A stretch of DNA of 63,597 bases, filler included, from Octopus bimaculoides (taxonomy: Eukaryota), in assembly GCF_001194135.2 (NCBI RefSeq). It is 3 parts of 3 records of this genome, joined end to end, with 100 filler letters (N's around TTAATTAATTAA, not from the genome) between each part and the next. Parts side by side here need not be neighbours in the genome. Positions count along the whole stretch, not along the records: positions 49,500 to 63,597 come from NC_069007.1; 2 more parts are not named here. One strand, written 5' to 3'. How positions within the stretch are numbered: the first letter of the stretch is position 1; every line of letters starts with the position of its first letter. Positions 51,027-62,137 of this stretch are shown piece after piece. The translations under genes were made by a program, and so were the position numbers. The notes beneath the pieces were generated by a model that did no database searches, was not told the DNA's origin, and saw only the letters and a list, made by a program, of their open reading frames with translations.

Positions 51027-51665
51027 NNNNNNNNNNNNNNNNNNNNNNNNNNNNNNNNNNNNNNNNNNNNNNNNNNNNNNNNNNNNNNNNNNNNNNNNNN
51101 NNNNNNNNNNNNNNNNNNNNNNNNNNNNNNNNNNNNNNNNNNNNNNNNNNNNNNNNNNNNNNNNNNNNNNNNNNNNNNNNNNNNNNNNNNNNNNNNNNNN
51201 NNNNNNNNNNNNNNNNNNNNNNNNNNNNNNNNNNNNNNNNNNNNNNNNNNNNNNNNNNNNNNNNNNNNNNNNNNNNNNNNNNNNNNNNNNNNNNNNNNNN
51301 NNNNNNNNNNNNNNNNNNNNNNNNNNNNNNNNNNNNNNNNNNNNNNNNNNNNNNNNNNNNNNNNNNNNNNNNNNNNNNNNNNNNNNNNNNNNNNNNNNNN
51401 NNNNNNNNNNNNNNNNNNNNNNNNNNNNNNNNNNNNNNNNNNNNNNNNNNNNNNNNNNNNNNNNNNNNNNNNNNNNNNNNNNNNNNNNNNNNNNNNNNNN
51501 NNNNNNNNNNNNNNNNNNNNNNNNNNNNNNNNNNNNNNNNNNNNNNNNNNNNNNNNNNNNNNNNNNNNNNNNNNNNNNNNNNNNNNNNNNNNNNNNNNNN
51601 NNNNNNTATATATATATACTGTGAGAAAAGAGCGAAACAAATAACAAGATAAGCCTGGTAGATAC

Positions 51666-51697
51666 GGTAATAGTTGTGCGTTTGTGTGGTGGGATTT
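51666..51697 (-). CDS. Candidate exon (32 nt, phase 1-0): (E)IPPHKRTTIT
   Basis: Strong acceptor cttcttaatttctttgccattag|, weaker donor ACC|gtatct. Confidence 0.3.
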
Positions 51698-51889
51698 CTA
51701 ATGGCAAAGAAATTAAGAAGTTACAGCCTTATCATGACAGACTGAAAGAAAATTAGCCCCACTTTTTTGAAAGTATTCAATATCTTCTAACGTTTTAATT
51801 AGCAATTTCCTTTTATCAGTAATGTTTTTGTTTTTGTTTTCTCTCAAAGATATTGTAATATTGCAACAGTCTTTAAGGCGGCAAGCGGG

Positions 51890-52255
51890 CATCATCATCG
51901 TCGTCGTCGTCATCGTCATCGTCATTTTCATCATTATCGTTGTCACCATGGTGACGATGGTGACGATGGCAATGTTGATGCTGTTGCTGCTGATGATGAT
52001 GATGGTGATGGTAGTGGTGTGATGTTACTGCTCATGATGATAATAACAACAACGGTGATGATGATGATGGCGGTGGGGGAAGTGATTACGATGATAATGA
52101 TGATGATGATGATGATAACGACAACAATGATGATGAAGATGATGATGTTGGTGGTGGTGGTAGTGATGATGATGATGATGATGATGATGATGGTAATACC
52201 AATGATGATGATGACAACAATGATGATGATGATGATGATGGTGGTGGTAGTGATA

Positions 52256-52290
<35 letters not shown>

Positions 52291-52370
52291 GATAACACCA
52301 ATGATGATGATGACAACAATGATGATGATTATGTTGATGATGATGGTGATGATGATTGTAATGGTGGATC
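51890..52370. repeat. (ATC)n then (GAT/GGT)n trinucleotide low-complexity tract
   Basis: Direct inspection. Confidence 0.95.
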
Positions 52371-52409
52371 CAGTATAATATCTGAGAAGCAAATCAGTGA
52401 GAAGCCAAC

Positions 52410-52442
52410 CTTCACCCATGTCTAGATTGCTTGTTTTCAAAA
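52410..52442 (-). CDS. Candidate exon (33 nt, phase 1-1): LKTSNLDMGE
   Basis: Acceptor attcttagatttcag|, weak donor GAAG|gttggc. Confidence 0.25.
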
Positions 52443-52654
52443 CTGAAATCTAAGAATATTTCTCCGAAACCAAAATACCATAACAGACAAGAATTCAGTG
52501 GAGTTAATTTACAATTTTTTGTTAACCCGCTTTTTTACTTTTTGTTTCCTTCTTTTTCGTTTTTTTAACTGAAATTTGAATTTAATCCAAAATTGAAATT
52601 CAATAAATGAAACAACGAAAATTTTAACTTTATTCAAAATTAAAATATACAAGC

Positions 52655-52812
52655 ATAAGGTGTGGCTGAGTGGTAAGTAGCTTGCTTACCAACCACATGG
52701 TTCCGGGTTCATTCCCACTGCATGGCACCTTCGGCAAGTGTCTTCTACTATAGCCTCGGGCCAACCAAAGCCTTGTGAGTGGATTTGGTAGACAGAAACT
52801 GAAAGAAGCCCA
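52655..52812 (+). mobile_element. SINE family C 5' part with Pol III boxes, runs into a gap
   Basis: A box tggctgagtggt, B box gggttcattccc. Confidence 0.9.
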
Positions 52813-53676
52813 NNNNNNNNNNNNNNNNNNNNNNNNNNNNNNNNNNNNNNNNNNNNNNNNNNNNNNNNNNNNNNNNNNNNNNNNNNNNNNNNNNNNNNNN
52901 NNNNNNNNNNNNNNNNNNNNNNNNNNNNNNNNNNNNNNNNNNNNNNNNNNNNNNNNNNNNNNNNNNNNNNNNNNNNNNNNNNNNNNNNNNNNNNNNNNNN
53001 NNNNNNNNNNNNNNNNNNNNNNNNNNNNNNNNNNNNNNNNNNNNNNNNNNNNNNNNNNNNNNNNNNNNNNNNNNNNNNNNNNNNNNNNNNNNNNNNNNNN
53101 NNNNNNNNNNNNNNNNNNNNNNNNNNNNNNNNNNNNNNNNNNNNNNNNNNNNNNNNNNNNNNNNNNNNNNNNNNNNNNNNNNNNNNNNNNNNNNNNNNNN
53201 NNNNNNNNNNNNNNNNNNNNNNNNNNNNNNNNNNNNNNNNNNNNNNNNNNNNNNNNNNNNNNNNNNNNNNNNNNNNNNNNNNNNNNNNNNNNNNNNNNNN
53301 NNNNNNNNNNNNNNNNNNNNNNNNNNNNNNNNNNNNNNNNNNNNNNNNNNNNNNNNNNNNNNNNNNNNNNNNNNNNNNNNNNNNNNNNNNNNNNNNNNNN
53401 NNNNNNNNNNNNNNNNNNNNNNNNNNNNNNNNNNNNNNNNNNNNNNNNNNNNNNNNNNNNNNNNNNNNNNNNNNNNNNNNNNNNNNNNNNNNNNNNNNNN
53501 NNNNNNNNNNNNNNNNNNNNNNNNNNNNNNNNNNNNNNNNNNNNNNNNNNNNNNNNNNNNNNNNNNNNNNNNNNNNNNNNNNNNNNNNNNNNNNNNNNNN
53601 NNNNNNNNNNNNNNNNNNNNNNNNNNNNNNNNNNNNNNNNNNNNNNNNNNNNNNNNNNNNNNNNNNNNNNNNNNNN

Positions 53677-54020
53677 GCATAGTGCCAAGGACTCCAAATT
53701 TGTCATCAAGATGTAGGACAAGATACTGCAATAGCCTGGGCTTCAAAGGTCCACAGCTCTTCAATATCCTCCCGAAGGACCTGAGAGACCTGCATGCGGT
53801 GGATGTAGGTGTCTTCAAGAAAAGGCTGGACCTCTTCCTGTCAGGTGTCCCAGATGAACCAACTTCGCGGCAGGAGGTGCAGATGAGGGCAGCTGCATCA
53901 AACTCTCTCATGCACCAAATGTCAATTCCTGAAGTAAAATTCGTGAAGTAAAATTGTGTAGCAACACCAAATGGCAGTGCCCCAGCATGGCCACAGCTCA
54001 TGAGCTGAAACTAGATAAAA
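53677..54020 (+). mobile_element. CR1-like LINE 3' end with uninterrupted ORF2 C-terminus
   Basis: NSLGFKGPQLFNILPKDLR...FKKRLDLFLSGVPDEP...RAAASNSLMHQ; tail ggcagtgccccagcatggccacagc. Confidence 0.9.
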
Positions 54021-54308
54021 TTAAGGATTAAAGAGCAAAAATGAAACTGATGAGGATTCTCAAAATCCAATCTGTTCTTATGCGAGTAGATGCACACACT
54101 TGGGTGTGTGCAGCAACAGTTCAACCAACACACATACATGTATGTATGTATGTATGTATGTATGTATGTCCTTATTCAGTTTCATTTCAAGATTTCTTGC
54201 CAATAGAGAAAGAAGCAGTTTCTAACCTAGATCTAAGCTCCCTTCATTGGAATTTCAATATCAACAACAGGGTATTTTTGTAAGTATGTATGTATGTATG
54301 TATGTATG

Positions 54309-54715
54309 TGTCAAGTCTTCATTAAAGGCCTGTGATATGCAGGACACTGACTGGGAGAACAATGCCTGTCATCGCCACGAATGGAGGAAGCAGGTTGAGG
54401 AGGGTATCGACACTTTTGAGAGAGGCACGTATCCAGCATGAAGAACTTAAGCGAGCTGCGCGAAAGTGCACGGTTCGTATAGTGAATGGGGAAAGCTTGG
54501 TCTGCAATGTTTGCAGTTCGTGTATGCTTGTCAAGAGCAGGGCTCATTAGCCACCAACGGAGCCGCAAATGCAAAATATAAGTTAGTCCTAGAGCACACA
54601 ATGTTCCTGNNNNNNNNNNAAATGCAAAATATAAGTTAGTCCTAGAGCACACAATGTTCCTGAAGGTCAGCAATGGTCTTCCTCGGTCACGAGTGGACGG
54701 CCATCATGTATACAT
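54309..54715 (+). mobile_element. RTE (BovB-like) LINE 3' end
   Basis: KSSLKACDMQDTDWENNACHRHEWRKQVEEGIDTFE...LVCNVC...GLISHQRS (C2H2-like finger), frameshifted. Confidence 0.85.
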
Positions 54716-54769
54716 GCAGATTTGTATATTTGTTTTATGTATGTATTCTCACGCATATAGTCGCATATC

Positions 54770-55015
54770 TAGACATGCTCATATATATATTTAAATGATA
54801 AACTTCTGGAATGTTTTACAGACTTTTACAGTTCCAGTGATGGATTGAATCTGTAGTCTTCAAATCAGCTTCCTCTATGTTTTAGTTCCTCTAATCCTTC
54901 AGAAGACCCTAAATTGAACATTGTATGTAACACATCAAATTTGGGTCCAGCTGTTAGATATCTACTGAACCATCTTTATAAAATCTGGTAGTTTATGCTT
55001 CATAAATTTTGGATC
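54770..55015 (-). mobile_element. Interspersed repeat, possibly the C-terminus of an RLE-type (R4/NeSL-like) non-LTR element
   Basis: Minus RKLI*RLQIQSITGTVKVCKTFQKFII*; an inverted homologue lies at 57010-57120. Confidence 0.4.
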
Positions 55016-55039
55016 AAGTTCCATTTGAGTATATGTATA

Positions 55040-55049
55040 CATGTGCATT

Positions 55050-55100
<51 letters not shown>

Positions 55101-56150
55101 GTGTCTGTGCATGTGTGTGTTTGTGTGTGTGTGTGCGTGTGTTAGTGTATGTGTGTGTTAGGTTCTGTGTGTGTATGTGTTGTATGTGTATGTATGTGTT
55201 GTATGTGTGTGTGTGTGTAAGTATCTCAATATGTGTTAATGGATGTGCATGTATTAGTGTGTGTGTTAGTGTCCATGCATGTGTGTGTGCTTGTGTGTAG
55301 GTATTTATGTGTGCATGTGTTTGTATGACAGTGTGTGTGTCTGTGTGTGTTAGTGTATGTAGGTGTGTTTTAATGTCTGTGTGTCCGTTAATGGGTGTGT
55401 GTGTTAGGTTCTGTGTGCGTGTGCATGTTAGTGTGTGTGTTAGTGTCTGTGTGTATGTTAATGGGTGTGCGTGTATATTAGTGTGTAGATATTTGTGTGT
55501 GTATGTATGTGTGTGTGTGTTTGTATGACAGTGTATGTATGTGTATTAGTGTCTATGCATGTGTGTGTGTGTGTTAATATGCAGGTATTTATGTGTGTGT
55601 TTTTGTATGTGTGTGTATGTCAGTGCCTGTTAATGGGTGTATGTGTGTGTGTGTTAGTGTCCTTGTGCATGTGTGTGTTTGTATGATAGTGTATGTGTAT
55701 TGGTGTGTGTGTGTGTTAGTGTCTGTGTGTGTGTGTCAATGAGTGTGTGTGTGTCTGTGTTAGTGTCTATGCATGTGTGTGTGTGTATGTGTGTAAGTAT
55801 TTGTGCATGTGTTTGTATGTGAGTGTTAGTATGTGCATGTGTGTGTGTTTGTATGTGTGTGTATTAGTGTCTGTATGTCTGTTAATGGGTGTGCATGTAC
55901 ATGTATGTGTTAGGTTCTGTGTGTATACATATGTGCATGTATGTGTGTGTGTGTTAGTGACTGTGTGCATGTATGTACTTGTATGACAGTGTATGTCGGT
56001 GTATTAGTGTAACTGTGCATGTTTATGTGTGTGTGTGTATGTTAGTTTCTGTGTGTGTGTGTATGTGTTACAGTTTGTGTGTGCATGTTTGTTAGTGTTT
56101 ATGTGTGTTTGTGTGCATATGTGTGTGTGTATGTCAGTGTATGTGTTAGT
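55040..56150. repeat. Degenerate (TG)n complex tract with recurring gtgttagtgt sub-motif
   Basis: Direct inspection; mirrored by the (CA)-rich tract 56460-57005. Confidence 0.95.
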
Positions 56151-57159
56151 GAATGTTTAAAAATTATAACTTAGCAGTTCAGCAGAAGAAATTGATAAAA
56201 TACGTTGCAGACTTAACTCAAAATAAGTACGGGGGGGGGGGGCTTGTTAGACTAAACCCATTGAAGGTGGTGCCCCAGCATGGCCACAGTCCAGTGACTG
56301 AAACCAATTAAAGGTGAGGCAAAAGGAAGGTTTCATTTCTTTTTTTTCAATTTTTTTTATTTTAATTTTCAAAGAATTATTTTTAAGCATTTTCAAAATT
56401 ACAATTTCTCTTTCAAAAAACAAAAAAAAAAAGCAGAAAAGCACCCCCTCCTACTTGGCCGCACACACACACACACTAATACATAAATGCAATCACTGAC
56501 ACAGGAGCACATATGCACGAACACACACATTAACATATTAGCACACACACACACCCTAACATACATACACACACACTGACACACAAACACATGCACAAAC
56601 ATACATATATTTACACACTAACACATGCACACACACATTCATATTCTGACATAAACGCACACAGATACTAAAACACACAAACACATACTAGCACACATTA
56701 AGATGCAAACACTAATGCACATGCTAACACACACTCACTCTACCACACACACACACACACACTAATGCATGCTCAAACACACATGCACACACTAACATGC
56801 ATGCATGCACATTAACACACACACCACCAAACACACATACACACTCTAATACATGCTAAAATTCGCATGCTCACACTCTAATATGCACACGCACACGCAC
56901 ACACACTAACACGTACACACACTAATTCGCACACACACTAATACACACACACACACACACACACTAACATGCATGCGTATACATTAACACACACACTAAC
57001 ACACACACAAATCCAAAATTGATGAACAGCTAACAGATTTCATAAAGATGGTAAATAGATATTCCAGAGCTGAATTTAAATTTAATGGGTTCCAACGTAC
57101 CACTTAGGGTCTTCTGAAGAATTTGTGATGGTTCAAATAACTAATATGATACAAGCATG

Positions 57160-57480
57160 GCTGGGTGGTAAAGAAGTTTGCATCACAATCATGTGGTCCC
57201 TGGTTCAATCTCTCTGTACAGCACATTGAGCTTGCGTCTCTTTTTTTTTTTTCATCTGGTGTGGCTGTGTGGTAAGAGGCTTGCTCCCCGGTCACATGAT
57301 TCCAGGTTCAGTCCCATCGCATGATACCTTGAGCAAGAGTCTTTTATGGTTCCACAACTAGCCAAAGCCTTGTGAGTACATTTGATAGACAGAAACTGAA
57401 AGAAACCCGTTCTGTGTGTGTGTGTGTGTGTTGGTGTTTGTCAGCCAGCATTGTTTGACAACCGGTGTTGGTTTGTTTAT
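57160..57480 (+). mobile_element. Two tandem SINE family C heads, old
   Basis: ggctgggtggtaaagaag...ggttcaatc, then ggctgtgtggtaagaggc...ggttcagtccc...gccttgtgagt. Confidence 0.7.
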
Positions 57481-58794
57481 TTTATACCCTTTTTTTTTAC
57501 GTTGGATATAGAGATTTCACAAAGCAGGGACAGACACAACTGTCTTCACACGACATATTTCAAATTACTCCACTAAACACGATACTCCAATAATTACAAA
57601 CTCTCTCAAAAATCTCAGCAAATTCTACAAACTCTCAAGGACCCCTATGATCTTCTCTCAGCCCTAACCAATATTCTACTCTTGATAAGAGTTCGGCTAG
57701 TCCATTCTTCCAGTTCCATGGGGGTGTCAATGACTCTTGCCACAACAGTTTACATCCCTGTGACATAGTGGTTCAGCAAAATCAGACTGATAGAATAAGT
57801 ATCAAGCTTAAAAAGAAGAAAATAAAAAATAGGTACTAGTGTTGATTCATTTAATTAAAAATTCTTCCAGGCAGTGCTCCAGCATGACCACAATCTCATA
57901 CTTGAAGCAAGTAAATAATCAAAGATGAAAAATATACCTCAAAATTAACTGAAAGTGAGACGTTTTGGCACAGCCATTTTGTCGCCACCTATTTGGCATT
58001 GCCAGTTCGACGTTGGCTCATTTGACATCAAGCATTATTATGTTTATAGGGTGGGAGCACAAGCAGTGATGTGTATAAATGCAAAGTTTATTACCAGTTT
58101 GAATACACCAGTGGCACATTTGAATTTGTAAACCAGCAATTCACTGGGTTGAAAAGGAGAGAGAGATGGAGAGAGAGAAAGAACGGAACAGAGAGAGATA
58201 AAAAGAGAGAGAAAGACAGTAAGAAAGAAAGAGAGATGGAGACAGAGGAAGAAAGGGGGAGAGGGGGAGAGAATGAAAGTAAGACATTCAAAGAAAGGAA
58301 ACGTAATAATGCAACGTTATCAGTTTGAATCCGCTGGTGGCACATTTGAACTTGTTTTGTCATGGAGAAAATTTCTTGCTGGTCTAAATCAGCTCACAGC
58401 GCCGCCTACCCAGACTGTAAGATGCAAGCATTTCAGAGGGTTATCTCCTCTTCAGTCACAGAAACTTTTACTACTACTACTACCATCACAACCACCACTA
58501 CTGCTACTACTACTACTACCACCACCACCACCACCACCACTACTACTACTATTACCACCATCACTACTACTACTGCTGCTGCTGCTGCTATCTATGATTA
58601 TAATAAATGGCTTAAACTGTTTGAATATAATCTATGATATAGATTTTACAAGAACTCCTTTAATTAGAGATATTATCTTAATTAAAAATATTAACAATCT
58701 AGTTTCCATCTAATTAGGTAATTAATATCTTAAGAAGGAACAAACTTGGAGAAAGATTGTGTTAGGAACGAAGCATTTATTTTTCCCTTTACCT

Positions 58795-58960
58795 GGGTGC
58801 AGATGTGGTTGTCTGGTTAAGCAGCTGGTTTCCCAAATGCATGGTTCCAGGTTCTATCCCACTGAGTGACACCCTCGGCAAGTGTCTTCTAGTAATCGCC
58901 CCAGATCAACTGAAGACTCGCTGGTGGATTTGGTAGATGGAAACTAAAAGAAGCCCATCA
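58795..58960 (+). mobile_element. SINE family C 5' part; another copy at about 59125-59240
   Basis: ggttccaggttctatcccactgagtgacaccctcggcaagtgtcttc...gaaactaaaagaagccc. Confidence 0.8.
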
Positions 58961-59248
58961 TATATATATAGTTTAAAATTTACAGAAATTGAAAGACGAA
59001 GAAAGGTGAAGGGACAACAAGCAGGTGTATTACTTCGGTGCTTGGGAAGAATGGAAAAGTCTTCGAGGTTTCAAGCCTGCACTCTTTGACAAAAATGATT
59101 GAGAGGAAAAAAATGTGTAAGGGCTAATGGTTCAGTCCCACTGTGTGGCACATTGGGCAAGTGTCTTCTACTATAGCCTCAGGCCGGCCAAAGCCTTGTG
59201 AGTGGATTTGATAGATGGAAGCTAAAAGAAACCCATCGTATATATGTA

Positions 59249-59299
<51 letters not shown>

Positions 59300-59341
59300 A
59301 ATCATTAATCCCTATATATATATGGATGTGTGTATTTATAT

Positions 59342-59849
59342 ATATTTGAACTAGGCGAGTCAATATTGTTTGCTTGCTAACACGAAACAACAATGATAAT
59401 TCATGGGCACTTTGAGATGGATCTGACTCAATGGTGGCTTTCAGTTTGTTATTATCCGCCTTTGTTTCTGGTCGACCGCATTGCTCATTTGTGAGGTCAA
59501 AGTTACCAGAACGAAATTTTGAAAACCAATTTAATACTGTCTGCTGTGTTATAACATTAGAATGAAATACTCCATTAATATTCTAAGCCGTCTGTGATAC
59601 TGTATTTCCAAGAAAGAACTCATATTTCAAAATTGTACAAATTTCTGACTTATCCATCTCTATACAAAAATAGCAAAAAACGATTTATAAATACTTTATA
59701 TAAAGTGCAAAATGAGTTAGAATAAAGAAATAGATGTGTCAGCTTTCTAACAAAAAATAAAAATTGTAAAAATATAATAATGGTGCAAAATGAGCAGCCG
59801 TCAAAGTTTACCCTATACCTTACTACAAATTTCATACTTCACAACCTAA
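59342..59849 (-). mobile_element. mariner 5' fragment: TIR plus N-terminal DNA-binding region (ATG at 59657, one stop)
   Basis: TA+ttaggttgtgaagtatgaaat; MDKSEICTILKYEFFLGNTVSQTA*NINGVF...WFSKFRSGNFDLTNEQCGRPETKADNNKLKATIESDPSQSAHEL. Confidence 0.9.
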
Positions 59850-59959
59850 TAAGATGGCAGAGAGTGTGATTTAGGGGACTTCTTTTTGGCTGCTCTTTCT
59901 AGCAGAACAAGCTACTATGTTGATGTCTTTTCCTCATTGCCCACGATAATGATAGTATT

Positions 59960-60049
59960 GTTGGTGCAGATGCTGATGATGTTGATGATGATGATGATGA
60001 TGATGATGAGGATGACGGTGATGATGAGGATGATGTTGACGATGATGAC

Positions 60050-60080
<31 letters not shown>

Positions 60081-60370
60081 TTGATGATGATGATGATGAT
60101 AATGATGATGATAAGGATGACGGTGATGATGATGATGATGTTGACGATGATGACGATGATGATGATGATGACGATGATGATAATGATGATGATGACGATG
60201 ACGATGATGATGATGATGATGATGAGGATGATGACGAGGATGACGGTGATGATGATGACGACGATGATAAAGACGGGGATGATGACAATGATGGTGATAG
60301 TGTTGGTGGCTGCCACCAACACCATGGTAGCGGTGGTGGTGGTGGTGTTGAGGATGGTGATGACGACTGA
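59960..60370. repeat. Interrupted (GAT)n tract
   Basis: Direct inspection. Confidence 0.97.
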
Positions 60371-60836
60371 CATCACTAACGATGGAAAATCCTACATTGT
60401 GTTTCCTTCAATTATATTTTGTATTTTTCTAACACTTCCCCATTTCCAGCCACTGCCTCACAATTTTGTTATGTTCTTGTCATTGTTGCTGATGTTGTTG
60501 TTGTTGCTGTTGTTGTTGTTGGTGGTGGTGCTGCTGCTGCTGCCGCTGCTACTGATAGTTGTAGTGGTGGTGTTGATGGTGTTGATAGTGGTGGTGATGG
60601 TGGTGGTCGTGGTTCAAATTCTGGCCGTTGCCATTGAAAGAGGAAATCTAAGAATAGAGAGGTGTTCAATAAACGGCACCAATCAGATTGCATAATTTAC
60701 AATTAACAACAGCAGCAGCAACAACAACAACAGCAACACTGTTGGTTATTGTTGTTGTTGTTGTTAGTAAGCCAGTGTTTATTTTGGGCCTAAAAGAGAG
60801 ACACAAAAAATGTACCTTTTCTCTATTAAAACTACA

Positions 60837-60837
<1 letters not shown>

Positions 60838-60925
<88 letters not shown>
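60838..60925. repeat. Pure (CA)n microsatellite
   Basis: Direct inspection. Confidence 0.98.
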
Positions 60926-60928
<3 letters not shown>

Positions 60929-61049
60929 AACACACTTTGAAATTATATTTCACAAGAAAACCACCATTATTGTTATTTTGATTTTATTTCCTGATCACAT
61001 TATCAATGCTACTGCTACTGTAAAAACTGTTAGGTAATAGAGATGTATT

Positions 61050-61375
61050 ACTCAAATACGCGGAGAATCTTGGTTCGACAGAGTGCCAAACACCAACCTG
61101 TGGGAGAGGGCCAAACATGTTCAGATTAGACAAAGGAAATGGGAAAGAACCCTCAAATGTGATACAACAAGCACTTGAGTGGAACCCACAAGGGAAAAGG
61201 AAGTGAGGATGCCCGAAGCAGACATGGAAGCGAAGCATTTTGGATGAGCTCAGGACCACTGGCCTGACATGGGAAGCAGCCAGGAAACACACCAATGACC
61301 GCAAAAAGTGGAAAATAACTGTTGAAGCCCTATGCTCCACAAGGGGCAAAAAGGATTAAAGAAGAAGAAGAAGAA
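61050..61375 (+). mobile_element. RTE-clade LINE 3' end with (GAA)n tail
   Basis: ALEWNPQGKR...WKITVEALCSTRGKKD* then gaagaagaag. Confidence 0.88.
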
Positions 61376-61430
61376 GCATTATATTGGGTGTGCTAATGGT
61401 TCTGCCAGCTTACAACCTTAATAACAACAA

Positions 61431-61432
<2 letters not shown>

Positions 61433-61467
<35 letters not shown>

Positions 61468-61665
61468 GTTTAACGTCCGCTTTCCATGCTAGCATGGGTT
61501 GGACGATTTGACTGAGGATTGGTGAAACCAGATGGCTGCACCAGGCTCCAATCTGATTTGGCAGAGTTTCTACAGCTGGATGCCCTTCCTAACGCCAACC
61601 ACTCCGAGAGTGTAGTGGGTGCTTTTACGTGTCACCCGCACGAAGGCCAGTCAGGCGGAACTGGC
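61433..61665 (-). mobile_element. SINE family D, most complete copy in the window
   Basis: catcgtttaacgtccgctttcc...ggatgcccttcctaacgccaaccactcc...ggcggaactggcaac. Confidence 0.92.
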
Positions 61666-61694
61666 AACAACAACAATAATAATAATCCTTTCTT

Positions 61695-61890
61695 CTATAG
61701 GCACAAGGCCAGTAATTTCGAGGAAGTGGGTAAGCTGATTACATTGTCCCCCAGGACTCAACTGGTACTTATTTTCTTGACCATAAAAGGATGAAAGGCA
61801 AAGTCGACCTCAGCAGAATTTGAACTCAGAACGTGCAAACAGATGAAATGCCACGAAGCATTTTACCCGGCATGCAAATGATTCTGCCAT
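61695..61890 (-). mobile_element. SINE family A
   Basis: ggcacaaggcc...aaggatgaaaggcaaagtcgacctcagcagaatttgaactcagaacg. Confidence 0.88.
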
Positions 61891-61929
61891 CTTACCACTT
61901 TGATAATAATGATGATGATAATAATAATG

Positions 61930-61986
<57 letters not shown>

Positions 61987-62089
61987 GTAGCAGTGCTATG
62001 CTAGATTTTGATTTACATCATTGGAAATTTAGTTTATGCTTGGTTTAAAGCACCAAATTCATTGGATAACAATAACGAATTCTTATTAC

Positions 62090-62104
62090 TATACTCTCTC
62101 TCTA

Positions 62105-62137
<33 letters not shown>

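Noticed and set aside
54578-54660. 42-bp direct repeat on both sides of a 10-N gap
   Set aside because: Typical unmerged contig overlap; assembly artefact
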